A program made the position numbers and the translations under genes. This document shows positions 51,191 to 64,000 of a stretch of 64,000 bases of DNA, piece after piece. The notes beneath the pieces were generated by a model, which did no database searches, had not been told where the DNA came from, and worked only from the letters and a program-made list of their open reading frames with translations. The stretch spans positions 37,324,001-37,388,000 of the forward strand of contig NC_042997.1 in assembly GCF_006345805.1 (NCBI RefSeq). The letters run 5' to 3'. The first letter of the stretch is position 1; every line of letters begins with the position of its first letter. The stretch comes from Octopus sinensis. Its lineage: Eukaryota.

Positions 51191-54100
51191 TCTATATACC
51201 TCTCCGTCTGGATAGCAGTTGATAATGACCAGTAAAATGTTTTGACATAAAATTTAGTAAAAAATATTTTTTCTGATAATATTCTATATATAGTGTGGTT
51301 TGTTAGTGCTAAAAGCTTCGACTAAATCCAAAACACACATGATGTACAGCCGGTACTAATTTCTCATTTTTCTATGCAATAGTAAGGACTTGGTTAAATA
51401 TACGTAGATACCCAACAGTAGTATAATAGATATTTAACATCCCTTAGATGGTTGATAATTAAGCCTCCATAAGAATGTAGGAATTGTAACATTTGGTGCG
51501 AAATATATCATGCAACCATAGTAGATGCAATACAATAGTAATAACGCGATAGCTGACTATTAGTCACAAGTACCGTGATCTATCTTATCAACACGGAAAC
51601 AATAAATTCTGATGGAATCTGTGAAAGAAAATGGAAATCAAACGCTTCGCAAACACAATTATCAACTATAAACACCGAACAATATATTGGAAACTATATC
51701 AAATAGTATGGGATTACAATTCCAAGTACTAAATCTAGCATCGTGTGGGGATGCGAAAATAATCTAAATATAAATTACAGATGTGTTGTCTCAGGAAGAA
51801 ACGTCTTGGAAATGTCCATGAATATTTCCTCGTCATTTCATTTGAAACTTTATAGTAGCTGTATGAGAAATGAAACAAGCTGTTTAAAACGAATTGCTTT
51901 ATAAATGGAGATTATGTTAACATATACTCTTAGTACTTACTCATATAATTGGATAAGGAAGAAATCGTGTAGTGTTAAGGAATATGTAATACGGAATATA
52001 ATGTGTTACTTTATCCCTGAAAATACAATTCTTGGACTAATTTATCAGTGTAACAGAATCTTTAGCTTCAATTCTTTACGCTCGCAGTTCTAATCGCATG
52101 AGACTATACAGGATTATACGTATTTATTTTTCCTATCGAAAAAAGGATAAAATAATTTTCTTTCATGTGAAAAAAAGGCAATCTGTTCTATGCAGTTACT
52201 TTAACAATATAGGTTAAACATCTGTCAGAGAAAACTAACGTGTCTCATTAACGTGAAGAAAAACATTAACTTTTGATTACAGAGCAATGTTTAATCATCA
52301 ATCATCGTTTTACCAGAAAAACTTATTAATAGCGAAATAATTCTATGAAATTGTTTTACAAAATGCTCTTTCTTTGTACCAGACAGACCTGCTTTTACGA
52401 AGTAAAGTTAATTTTCATTGCACAATATGTCTTAGTACAGTTTAATTTTGACAGTGTTCATATCAATCTCTACTTGTAGCTATACACTTTGTTCTTAAAT
52501 CCATCTTGTTTATCAAAAATTTTCGAGATAGATATCACCTCGTGATTGTTATGCGACATTATTCCCATATTCCCCTTTACCCGCTACTGAAAAAAAAAAA
52601 AAAAAGATTTCTTTACTGATTTATGAGTATATCAGCCCAGGGAAATATGGACGTAGATGATTAGAATAAGAAACAAATAATCAATAATGCATATTTTCCA
52701 TTTACTGTACAGCTAATATTAGAAGACATATATCTTGAGAACTTCTTAACTATTCTAAGCTGGCATACTTAAGCGTGTCAATATGACATACAGAATGATA
52801 ATATTATAAATATCTCGATATTTCAGAAAGATCTAACACCATTTAGTCCAGAACAGAATTATGTTTTACCCATTTTGTTTCTAAAAAGAACGATTATTGT
52901 ATGCATTTGGAAAACCAGTTCCATATTTACAACTTTGTTCAATGCATCTGCTGTTTGAGCAGCACAAATAAAGTCAGCATGTTGTTTTTAAATCTTTATA
53001 TTACCATTGATATAGTTTTTAAAACTTTTGATTGATCTTAGATCTCAAAACAATATTATTTTCATTTTTCCATATACTTAATTCGTGTATTTTCATGAAT
53101 CAATAAATGAAACCACTTTGCTACAAAATCGTATTCTGTGACGGATAGAGAATAATTATGCGCAATTCATTTAAATATCTGTGTAATTATCACATTGAAT
53201 AAAAAAAGAATATCGTAGCAAACATGGCAAATATATGAATCATTACATAGGGAGGCGAGAGTGAACAGAATACTAATATCATACATTTTTTTAACTATAT
53301 ATCGCATAAAGTGTGGTCCTGTAGGAGAAAAAAGAATTGCTGGAATGAAGATGTATATGAAATTGAAAAAGCAATCATGCAAATCAGTTCAGTGAATAAC
53401 ATCAAAGTTTATATTGTAAAATGTATCTACTTGTTAGCATATGAAACGAGTTGATATTTAAATATATTAAGTTTATAAAAATTATCCTAACGAACAATAA
53501 ATACAAAGCTTTCGGAGCAACGGAAATTAAAATTCATATCTAAAATCGTTGCTTATACTTAAACACATAACTTAGTTATAGGCGAGATTACGAGGACATT
53601 TGATGCAAACGGAACATCCATAATTCTACATGGATTTTGTTTAAATGATAATTATATTTTTGCAAAGGATTTTATGTCTTGATATTCATGCGCAGAATAA
53701 TGTTATCGTTCGCCATTCAAATAGATCGGAGAAAAAGAGAAAAGCCAACAAATAACATGCACCTTTGATTTATGAAATACTTTTTTCAAAGTGTACGTGA
53801 AATAACGCAAGGTTTTAGATCACTTACTGTAATATCTAGACAAACATAATTTACATGTTTCTGTCGAAACATATGTACGTACATATTTATATGTGCGCTT
53901 ATGTTTCTATTTTGTATATACTGTATTTTGTATATACAGATATATATATATGTACATATATATATATATTATATATATATATATATATATACAAATATGT
54001 ATGTATATCTGTTTGTGTACACGTATGTGAGTTCATGTTTTTAGTGGCATCTGCATGCATGTACGCATGTCTACATATACTTACATACACAGGCATATGT

Positions 54101-54819
54101 AAAGAGAAAGGAAGAGAAGAATAAGTTGAGAAATCGTTGAACGAATGACAGATTGTGCGTACACTCATAGTTAATTTATTTACAAAGCTTTTAGTTGTTT
54201 AGGGGCATTTACAAAATTGTTTGAGAACGTTCACGAAGTCACCCACGAGAACATAACTTCCAGTTTGTGAAAGCACATTTGAAGCATGTACATAAAATTA
54301 ATATATGCACGATTTAAAATACAGCTTAATCCAGATTTTAGACGCACAGCTGTAACTGAAGCCAGTTATTTCCTGTATCAATCGATCTATATATCAATTA
54401 ATTTCTTTATATCCATATTTGAATACGCAGTATTTGCGCTATTATTTTTCTTGTTATATTATTATTTGTTTCGGAATGTATTGATATTATGATGGTATCT
54501 GAGGCCCTGCACGTAATGCATTGGAATAGTGTTTAATCAATATGTTGCGACTTTAAATATGTTGTATACGCTTCAATGTGTTCATAGTTGAGATGCTTAA
54601 ATGTACATTGATGTAGCAAAATGACTCTCTATCATCTGGTTACTACACAGCGACTGGAATCTAAATACAGCCATTACGAATATCTATGTTCCCTAAAGTT
54701 TACAGTACAAATCCTGTAGAATTCTTCATTGAGATTTTTAACGGGGAAGCTGAATTTTTGCCTCGATTACTGCGATGCAGTATTCCGAAAAAAGTCAAGT
54801 AGGCTTGTGGAAATTATAT

Positions 54820-54861
<42 letters not shown>

Positions 54862-54870
54862 ATATATATA

Positions 54871-55038
54871 GGCGCAGGAGTGGTAAGTAGCTTTCTAACC
54901 ACCAACCACATGGTTCCGGGTTCAGTCCCACTGCGTGGCATCTTGGGCAAGTGTATTCTGCTATAGCCCCCGGGCCGACCAATGTCTTGTGACTGGATTT
55001 GGTAGACGGAAACGGAAAGAAGCCTGTCCATATATATG

Positions 55039-55069
<31 letters not shown>

Positions 55070-55260
55070 ACCCCTAGCATTGGCTTGCCAGCCGATGCTG
55101 GTGTGTTTACGTCCCCGCACTTAGCGGGTCGGCAAAAGAGAGCGATAGCATAAGTACTGGGCTTACAAAGAATAAGTCCCGGGGTCGATTTGCTCGACTA
55201 AGGCGGTGCTCGCGGCATGGCCGCAGTCAGATGACTGAAACAAGTAAAAGAGTAAAAGAA
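54871..55260 (+). mobile_element. SINE-A, young full-length copy
   Basis: Reverse-complement match to 23591-24004. Confidence 0.95.
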
Positions 55261-55383
55261 TACATATATCTACATATATGTATTATACAGATATATATAC
55301 AATATATATACAGATATATATATATATATACATATATACATATATGTGTATATATATATATATAATTATATATATATATATAT

Positions 55384-55563
55384 AAGAAGAAGAAGAAGTA
55401 GTAGTAGAAGAAGAAGAAGAAGAAGAAGAAGAAGAAGAAGAGAAGAAGAAGAAGAGGAGGAAGAAGAAGAAAAAGAAGAAAAGAAAGAAGACGAAGAAGA
55501 GAAGAAGAAGAAGAGAAAAGAAGAAGAAGAAGAAGAAGAGAAAAGAAGAAGAAGAAGAAGAAG
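55384..55563. repeat. (GAA)n microsatellite
   Basis: Direct reading. Confidence 0.98.
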
Positions 55564-55647
55564 TAACGTACTCAGAAAAATCTGGATGGTTTTATATTTA
55601 CAGATTTTTATTAATATGTCACATGTTTTTATAAATCATATATTAGC
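55557..55647 (+). repeat. inverted duplication pair A, copy 2
   Basis: See 39646-39735. Confidence 0.9.
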
Positions 55648-56158
55648 GCTTGCATCTACTCTAGTAGACTCTCCAGATTTGAATTTGTTTGAGAAGATTC
55701 GTCTCTTTTTATAGCATTATTGAGTGTGTAAGGGGTGGGGAGAGATATAGGATAACAAAAGAATGTGAGGAATGGGGGAAATTGAGAGAGAGAGAGTGTG
55801 TGTGTGTTTTTGTGTGTGTGTGTGTGTGTGTTTGTGTGTGTCTGTGTGTCTATGTATGTGTTTGTGTGTGTGTGTGTGTGTGTATGTGTATCTGAAATAA
55901 GTGACAAAGGAAAAGAGAAGGAAAGAAAGAAGAGAGAGAGAAAGAGGAAAAAATGTGTTTACATCTTTACAGCTAGTCAGCTCTTTAAACACATCTCTTT
56001 CTTCTTTCTCTCTTCCTTCTTTGAAAATTGGTTTAGATTGTCTTTCTCGCAAATTCATTTAGAGTGAGACCTGGTGAGGGATCGTTGGGTATAAAGACAT
56101 TATAATGAAACACACCTTGTGTTGAATTTACCTGCAATTCTAGGGTATATTCTTCCAG

Positions 56159-56218
56159 CAAATTATCGAAGAATATCATAATGAATATCGCCGAAACGAA
56201 AGAAGAATGATTCGTTTA
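56159..56218 (+). CDS. candidate 60-nt phase-0 exon (QIIEEYHNEYRRNERRMIRL)
   Basis: Acceptor tatattcttccag, weak donor TTA|gtatat; helix-like composition. Confidence 0.2.
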
Positions 56219-56228
56219 GTATATATAC

Positions 56229-59058
56229 TTTTTCTTTTTAGTTTCAGCTCAGAGATGCCGCCATGCTGATGCACCGCCGTTTCGCTACACTTTTATTACT
56301 AAGAGCCTCCTCAAATATGTGGCACTTGGTGAAGAATGATGTTTGATATAGCTACCCTCATTTGCACCTCTTGCTCAGAGGTAGGTTCATCTGGGACACT
56401 CGACAAGAAGAGGTCCAGCTTTGATTTAAAAAATCCTAAATCTACTTTGTGCAAGTTCCTCAGACTCTTTGGGAGAATATTAAAAAGCTGTGGGCCTTTG
56501 AAACCCAGGCTGTTGCAGTAACTGGTCCTGAGATATTTGGCACTATGCAGTGTCGTCCCGTCCTGGCATTGGTGTAGCTTTCAATGACAAAATTTGGCAC
56601 AATTCCTTCCAGGACCTTCCAGATATATATTACTGCATACCTCTCCCGTCTTCTTTCCAGGGAGTAGAGTCTTAGCTGTTTCAACCTTTCCCCGTAGCTG
56701 AGCTGTTGCAAAGAGACGATCTTCTTTGTGAATCTTCTCTGGATTGCTTCAAGGTCCGCTGTTAATTTCACACTGGTGGGTGACCATAGATGTGAGCAGT
56801 AATCCAGGCGGCTAAGGACGAATGTCTGCCAGAGGACCATCATAGTTTCCTTATCTCTGCTTCCGAATGTTGTTAGGATCCACCCAGCCAGTCGTCTGCA
56901 CTTTGTCGCTATCCTGGTAATGTGTACTTGAAAAGAGGTATCATCACTCATGTCGATACCCAGGTACCGCACTGTCTTAGGCTGTGGGATTGAAATTCCC
57001 TGTGGACCGGTGTACCCTGTAAGTTTTATATTCAGTCTTTGATGCTGGTAGCGCAGGGCCTGGAGTTTTTCAGCATTAAACTGCATATTATTATCCGCAG
57101 CCAATTTGTAAATTGAGTCCAACTCCTGCTACAGGTGTGCAACATCGCTGGGGTTCTGTATTTTTTGCGAGACTTTCGTATCATGTGTATAGTTTGCCAG
57201 AGTGGCTATGTGGGCATATCTGAGACGGCCACTATAAAAAACAGTGGTCCAAAGACAGTGCTCTGTGGAACACTGCTTACTATTTGTGTGTTCATAGAGG
57301 TGGCTCCATTAGCCACTACTGCCTGACTCCTATCGTTCAGGAAGTCATGTACTCACACTCCAAGTTTTCCAACTATGCCAAGGTCACGCAGTTTGTGGCA
57401 TATCATACCAAGATCTACCATGTCAAAAGCTTTTGCAAACTCAAGGTATATTACGTCCACATTTGATTTGTTGAGTAATTGCCTCAACACTCAGTAACAA
57501 TGTTGTTAGGGCTGGGTCGGACAGCTCCTACCTGGTCGAAAACCATGCTGGATACCCCTCAGCAAGTTATTTTCTTCAAGGAATGCGGTTAATGTTCCTC
57601 TGACTATCCATTCCATGACTTTGCTGATGTGTGAAGTCAGAGAGATAGGCCTATAGTTTTTGGCATCTGCTCTACTTCCGCCTTTATGTATTGGGCATAT
57701 TATTCTCTCCTTCAGCTTGCTTGGCAGTTTGCCATTTGTAAGAAAGCTCTGGAAGAGAATCTTAAGGGGTTTTGCCAGGGCATACTTACACGATTTGAGG
57801 GAGATTGGTGGGAAACCATCAGGACCAGCAGTTGAGTTTGTGTCCACTTCATCTATGGCTAATAGTATATCTTCTTCGCTGATTATAGGAGAGGCGGCAA
57901 AGAAGTCCACTGGTTCGTTCACTTGTCTGTGTTCCAACGGGGTGGTAAAGGAACTTTTGCACTGGTCATTCAGTATCTCACTGATCTTAGTTGGACTTTC
58001 TGTGAGGGAGCCATCCGTTTGGAGGAGGTATCCTATCTTGTAGTGTACTGAGGCTGTTTCTTTCGCGTAATGAAAGGAGGCCTTTAGGTTTGATTTAATG
58101 TTTTTTATAACCCAGGCTTCTTTCTCTGCTTTCTCCCCACATAAAATTGTTGTAGCCTTTTTTCGATCTTCATCAGTGTTGTTTTTAGGCGGGACGTTTC
58201 GCTACTTTTGGGATGTTTTTTGAGTCGATTTGCAACCTTCGTCCGTCGTCTCATGAGGATCTTCCTCTCTCTTGGAATCTTGCTCCTATTTGTTTTGGCC
58301 TTGTGCTCTGGGACATATTTGAGGCATATGGCTTGCACGGAAGACATGAAACATTCTAGTTTCATGTGAATGTCTGGTGTGGAGAGACATTTCGGCCAGT
58401 CCTTTCTGAGGATCTCTTTTTGGATCGATTTCCAATCTGCTTTGTGGAAGTTCAGATTGTAGAGATTTCGCGTGCTTCCTTTAGGCTGTATGTCTCTGGT
58501 TACTTTCGGCCCAAACATTGACAGCTCTATTATGTTGTGATCCGAGACTAATGTCGGTGTCACTTTCACTTCATGATTGATGTCCATATTGTTCATGAAG
58601 CAGAGATCCAGAAAGTTATTCACCCTAGTTGGTCTGAATACAACTTGCTCCATGAATAGTGCATTGTTGAGGTTGAGCATGTACTCTATCTGTGCTTGCT
58701 TGCAATGAGTCATTCCTGAGAGTATGAGACCTTCGGGCCATTTGACGTTGTCGAAGTTGAAATCACTCATAAGAAATATGGTCACGTGGTGTTCCAGATT
58801 CATGAGAATCTCTTAAATTCTTGCGAGGCAATCTTCAAACTTGCCTATGTGGTTTGGAGCATCTGGTGGGCAATATGTATTGCATATGACTATATTATGT
58901 TGTCTTATGTATCCAATTAGAGTGTCACATAGCGAATTTGAGTATGACAGTAAGACCTGGGGTGTGAGGTCATCACGGATGTATACAGCAACTCCACCAT
59001 GGCTCCTTTCACTTCCGTCTGTTCGTAGTATGGCATAGTTTGGTACGTGTGCTTCTGC
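56229..59058 (-). mobile_element. CR1/L2-group LINE, near-complete inactivated ORF2 (APE + RT) with 3'UTR
   Basis: APE: GGVAVY, SDFN, PTRVNNFLDL, SDH. RT: AGPDG, PIHKGG, NYRPISLTS, QHGFRPGRSC. Catalytic YADD reads YTHD; frameshifts and stops. Confidence 0.96.
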
Positions 59059-59137
59059 TGGTTTACTAACAATATCTGCAAATAAAGAACGTCAAGCATA
59101 ACTAAAGTGATAAAATTACATGATCTATACCCTTGAA
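59059..59137 (-). repeat. inverted duplication pair B, copy 1 (partner 61619-61698 +)
   Basis: About 80 bp, 7 mismatches; homology stops exactly at the LINE 5' junction. Confidence 0.9.
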
Positions 59138-59489
59138 TGTTATTTATTGAACGTGTGCTTCTATATCAGGGCTAAGGTGAGAGACAGAGGGATAATAGTG
59201 CAGCTTCAATTTTTGTCTCTTATTTAACAGTTAATTATACAGCAAAATAGGCTTGTTAAAATGTCAGACATGTGTTTATGTTGCTTAGAATATGTGCAGT
59301 TGCTTATGAAATCCACACTATTCAGCTATTCGTCTTCATTTAGGGACTTATTTTTAAGCATGATCCGAAGCAAAGAAAGTTTATTTCTGCGTGGCTAGCT
59401 TATGAAGTTTCAGGACCAAAACGAAAGTGAAGGTGAGATGTTGAAAACTGATTTGGCAATAAAATGTACTATTTATTTTACCTCCTGTT

Positions 59490-59720
59490 AACCCTAGTTC
59501 CAGAACGAAACTGAGTCTGCGTCTTCACATTCCGCGTGGAGGTTTACACATCGGTCAAACTTTCGAGCCCGAGCGGCATCAATGATATTTTCATGAGGAA
59601 TCTTTAACTCGAGCACATACACAACTTTCTTTCACATTATATTAAAATGTCCGGATTTCTCGTAGCTGTGATGGGGAAGAGTCCTGGCACACTGGTATAT
59701 CTGCATCCACGTCCCAATAG
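59490..59720 (-). mobile_element. RLE-domain relic of an early-branching LINE (HERO/R2-like)
   Basis: FPITATRNPDILI / KKVVYVLELKIPHENIIDAARARK..L..EC fits the PD..E.x.P..RK RLE pattern. Confidence 0.6.
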
Positions 59721-61289
59721 CCGTTTCACTTGTCATTGCTCACAGAAAGTTTCTTTTTCTTGAAACAGATTTGCTGCCCTGAGCGCACGAAGGTATTGAA
59801 ATCTCTAGTTGATTCTACTATTAATATTCACTATTATATAATCAATTATTTTTCATAAAGTTTTCGCACTTTCTTTATTGGTGCATTCATATTATACACT
59901 TTGTTTCAATAAAAAATTACATATACAGGGTCTAATATTTTTTACAATTATAATTGTATTTCTCATTATCCTAGAAATCTATTAATTTTGAAGGAAATAC
60001 ATATACATGCAGGTTTCATTTAATCCAAATATTATATAACAAAGAATATTTATTAGTTTTATTGGATTGTCTGGAAAAAAGGGTATTACAATGAAAAATG
60101 CTGTTGCATGCATGTTAATATTTTTTAAGATATTACACGTGAAAAAGTACAAAACAAGATTTCTACAGAGGAATTTAACTAATTCGTCACCTCTAAAGGA
60201 AACTAAAAAATACTTAAAATTAAAATTCTTCTGTACTTAAAATATTGCAGCTGAGAATAACATTTTTAAAAATTAAAATACATTATATTAGATAAAGTTG
60301 AGATAATTTATTTTATTTATGATGGGATTCTAAAAAACAAGTCAATCTTTAAAAGTATGGTACAAAAATAATAAAAAAAAAATTTAATCATGTTTTTGAA
60401 ATGTGCAATTAAAATAGTAATGTTATTTAGTTGTATGAAGTACAAGCAATAAAATGTGAGTGTGCAACTAATATTGCAGAATATTTCTTTTTCACTTGAA
60501 TTGAAATCCCATTATAAAGAAAAAAACTGACTGCAGTACAATGGCCATTAAATGGATTCAAATCAACCATATGCACAGTCAATTCTTCCACATTAAAAAA
60601 AGATCAATCTGACAAATAAATCATAAGTAAAATTTATTAGTAATCATTAATAAAGTACAATTAGCCTAATTCGTTATTTCACCTAATTTGTCACTTTCAA
60701 TTTTCTTCTAGGGATGATTAATTAGGCAAAATCTACTGTATTTTCTTTGTATTAATTTTATTTAATTTTTAAGATACTGCTTTTTACAAAAATACTTTCA
60801 TGGGCTTAAATACAGACTTAAAAAACTTTAATTAATTATTTTTCTAAAAATAATAAAATTTATTAGGGCAATAAATGAAAAGACATTCTTAATGTAAACC
60901 CATAAGCTTAAAATCGGTTGGGTTTATTTTGGGAAAATCCAGTAATGTATTTTTTATAATTTTTGTTTTAATAAAATATAGTACGTTTCTAAAATGTTAT
61001 TCTCGGCTGCAATAATTTAAGTAGAATAATATTTTAACGTGAAGTACTCTTTAGTTTCTTTTAGCGGTGTCGAATTAGGCAAATTCTTCAGTAGAAATCT
61101 TGTTCTGTATTTTTCTAGGTGTAATAAATTAAGAATATTAACATGCATGTGCCCGCATTTTTAATTGTAATATATATATATAGATATATATATATATATA
61201 TGTATATATGTGTGTGTACGTGTGTGTGTTTGTGTGTGTGTTTGTGTATAGTAGGAGGAGAAACCTATGTGTATCGCACATACTATATG

Positions 61290-61404
<115 letters not shown>

Positions 61405-61618
61405 TAGGAACACAACTAAAACTCGCTTTACTTTCCTGAGACCTTTCTGAAGCATAAATAATACGAAAGAAAATTTTGCCGAAATATACTTTTGCTGACA
61501 TAAATTGCGATTATGTTGATAATATTCGAAAATATATTTGGGCGGGATTTACTGCTCATTAGCCTCTCCGTAACTGTACAAGATGCATGTTTCTAAAGCC
61601 ATTTTTTAGATACACGCG

Positions 61619-61698
61619 TTCAAGGGCATATATCATGTAATTTTATCATTTCAGTTATGCTTGACATGCTTTATTTTCAGATATTGTTAGTAAACCAG
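61619..61698 (+). repeat. inverted duplication pair B, copy 2
   Basis: See 59059-59137. Confidence 0.9.
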
Positions 61699-61775
61699 TT
61701 ATGTGATGACGCAGTGTGTACAACTTCGGTGGAATAATTATAGATTATTACCACCATTTTCACTGGCGTATATAT

Positions 61776-61960
61776 CCTTTCTACTCTAGACACAAGGTCC
61801 GACATTTTGGGGGAGAGGACCAGTCGATTAGATCGACCCCGGTACGGATTTAATACTTTATTTATCGACTCCCGCGGAATTTGAATTCAGAAGGTAGCGA
61901 CGGACGAAATACTGCCAAGTATTTCGCCCAGCGTGCTAACGATTTTGCCAGCTCACCGCC
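61776..61960 (-). mobile_element. SINE-B variant with 18-bp TSD
   Basis: TSD tttcactgg(c/t)gtatatat at 61758-61775 and 61961-61978. Confidence 0.88.
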
Positions 61961-63004
61961 TTTCACTGGTGTATATATAAACATGAATGTAAACTACACC
62001 ATATTTAAAATGCAGTATATACTACAGCATCGGGGAATCGGATAGTAGCATCTGCATATATAGAGAGGCAGTGCAAAAAGAAACCGCTTCCACTGCCTAG
62101 CTACTTAACTAAAATGTCATTATTGATGAAGAAATCCAACATTGGTAAAAGAGGCGCCTGTGTATATGTGTCATTTTATTCCATTTGAATGCTGATAGAG
62201 TGGAAACCAGTAAATATTTAACCATCCATCTGTTTTATTAGTTAACCTAAAACAGACTATAACACTCTATTTATGACGGTTGGGTATAATTTGGCTTCTA
62301 CTTCTAGAAACTCTTTCATAATTCCTTTTTTCAGAGATGGCATTTATTTTTAGCAAACGTAAATTTATCCATACTTTTTAAACGCACATCATACTTAGTG
62401 AGAAAATTAATGGGTTAATGGTTTATGATGGAGAAGATGCTTAAAGGAACTCGTTTTATTCATCATAGATATCTTATGAAACAAATAATATCAAACTCTG
62501 AATACAGTGAGCAATCATGCTTCTTGTATGCATTTTATGTATGTATTCACATATTATCTATAAACAATCATCAATGTATTCTCAATGTCTCTGAAGCAAT
62601 TTCTTACTGTTTCGCGAAAGCAAAGTAAAGTTATTGCATATGTATTATTTCAGAACACGGCCTCATTCATATTACTGCCATTAATCTTAATATAAAGAAT
62701 CCCTATACAGAATTAAATTCCCTCCGTGAATATCTACTAAAAATATTGATAATAGCTGAAATAATTCCATATTTGTTTTTCTTGGTTATCTTCTTTTAGC
62801 AAATGTAAGCTTGTTTTCAGTTTTTGATAGGTTTAATATAAATACCTATATAACGATACACGTGTTTTACGTATATGTTTTCAACTGTAAAATATGTATG
62901 TAAATATGTATAATTGTAATTATAGTGCATCTTTTCCTGTAAAGTAGAAAAAAATTCAAGGTGAAATGTAGAATAATTGATTATCCTAACTCTTACCTGT
63001 ACCT

Positions 63005-63240
63005 TTTATATTTTATTTGTTTCAGCTGTTGTGTCACCGTCTTGCAAGGATTTGACGAAAAAATCGTCCCCTGTATTTATGTTGTTTTCAAGTCTGGTAC
63101 TTATTCTACGGGTCTCTCTTGCCGAACAGCTAGCTCAAGAGAACGTGACCATACCCACGCGGTTTGTCAAACGGTGATGGGGGAGGGCAGACATAAACAA
63201 AGAGACAAACACACCCACTTATACACACACGCACACACGC
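63005..63240 (-). mobile_element. SINE-A-related old 3' body
   Basis: ttatttgtttcag..ggtacttattcta..gccgaac..tgtcaa.cg. Confidence 0.6.
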
Positions 63241-63376
63241 GCATAATCAGCCGAAATTACTACGATGATCCGGTTCTGACTGAAGACTGAGGGGTTCGAA
63301 TGTCCTGTCCATGTTTATTGTATCGTCTTCTATGAGTTATACGTTCTTGTCCATGTTGTATTTTTCTACATACCTT

Positions 63377-63468
<92 letters not shown>

Positions 63469-64000
63469 GTTGTTTGCATCCTTTCTGTCTCGGGAGACAA
63501 TGGAGTTACGCATAAAGTAGTCTAGTCCGCCGGCTTTTATATTTCATGTCCTGATACATTTCCTGCTGTGGCTGTGTAGTCCTATCCTGAACAAACACTC
63601 CCTCTGGCAGGTACCGCAATGTAGCGAAGACTGTTCCTGGCTGGTTGTAATGCCATAGACTCTTGTTGACGTCTCTTCTTTTCTTTCCATTTCTCCTCTC
63701 TCTCTCTCTGTCACTGCTTTGTATTCCCTCTTTTACGGTACGTCGCCTTTCTCCACGGTTGCCGGCAACTGCCTCCCAGCCGCTAATATTGATGTTGCAG
63801 GCCTTCATGTCCCTTTTGCAAACATCCTTGTAACGTAAGATCGGTCTACCCACAGACCTAGTACCCCTAGCAAGCTCTCCGTAGAGATGCCCAAGCCATC
63901 TCATACGTCTTTGTGTGAGGAGTGCAAGCATGCTTGTTATTCCTGCTTGCCTGAGGACATCTTTGTCGGGGATATGATTCTGTCATTTGATGCGGAGGAT
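63469..64000 (-). mobile_element. RTE (BovB-like) LINE 3' end, runs off the window edge
   Basis: QRRMRWLGH, YGELARGTRSVGRPILRYKDVCKRDMK, 3' hairpin tgtctcccgagaca, ends in (TA)n. Confidence 0.92.

Overview
AT-rich (roughly 30% GC by eye) metazoan genomic DNA. The SINE families, (TA)n/(CA)n/(AAT)n/(GATA)n density and retroelement mix point to an octopus (coleoid cephalopod) intronic/intergenic region; the taxon is inferred, not verified. No prokaryotic genes, CRISPR arrays, rRNA or bona fide tRNA genes are present, and no host protein-coding gene could be identified with confidence. Most ORF-track entries are microsatellite translations or transposon pieces. Content: at least five tRNA-headed SINE families, CR1/L2-group LINEs (one 2.8 kb near-complete ORF2), an RTE 3' end, R4/Dong-type RLE LINE fragments stacked in (AAT)n arrays, Penelope-like (PLE) relics, three Tc1/mariner fossils (Tc1-like, DD37D maT-like, mariner-like), a Helentron-like element, a ~1 kb tandem duplication and two short inverted duplications. 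The most interesting signal is RNA-level. There is one hammerhead ribozyme with a fully intact core (630-715, minus) and several degenerate PLE-type minimal hammerheads. One three-copy family has a majority consensus that rebuilds a minimal hammerhead with a compensatory U3-A8 core pair. The commonest SINE shares its 3' tail with the CR1-group LINEs in the same window. Candidate exons are reported at low confidence only.
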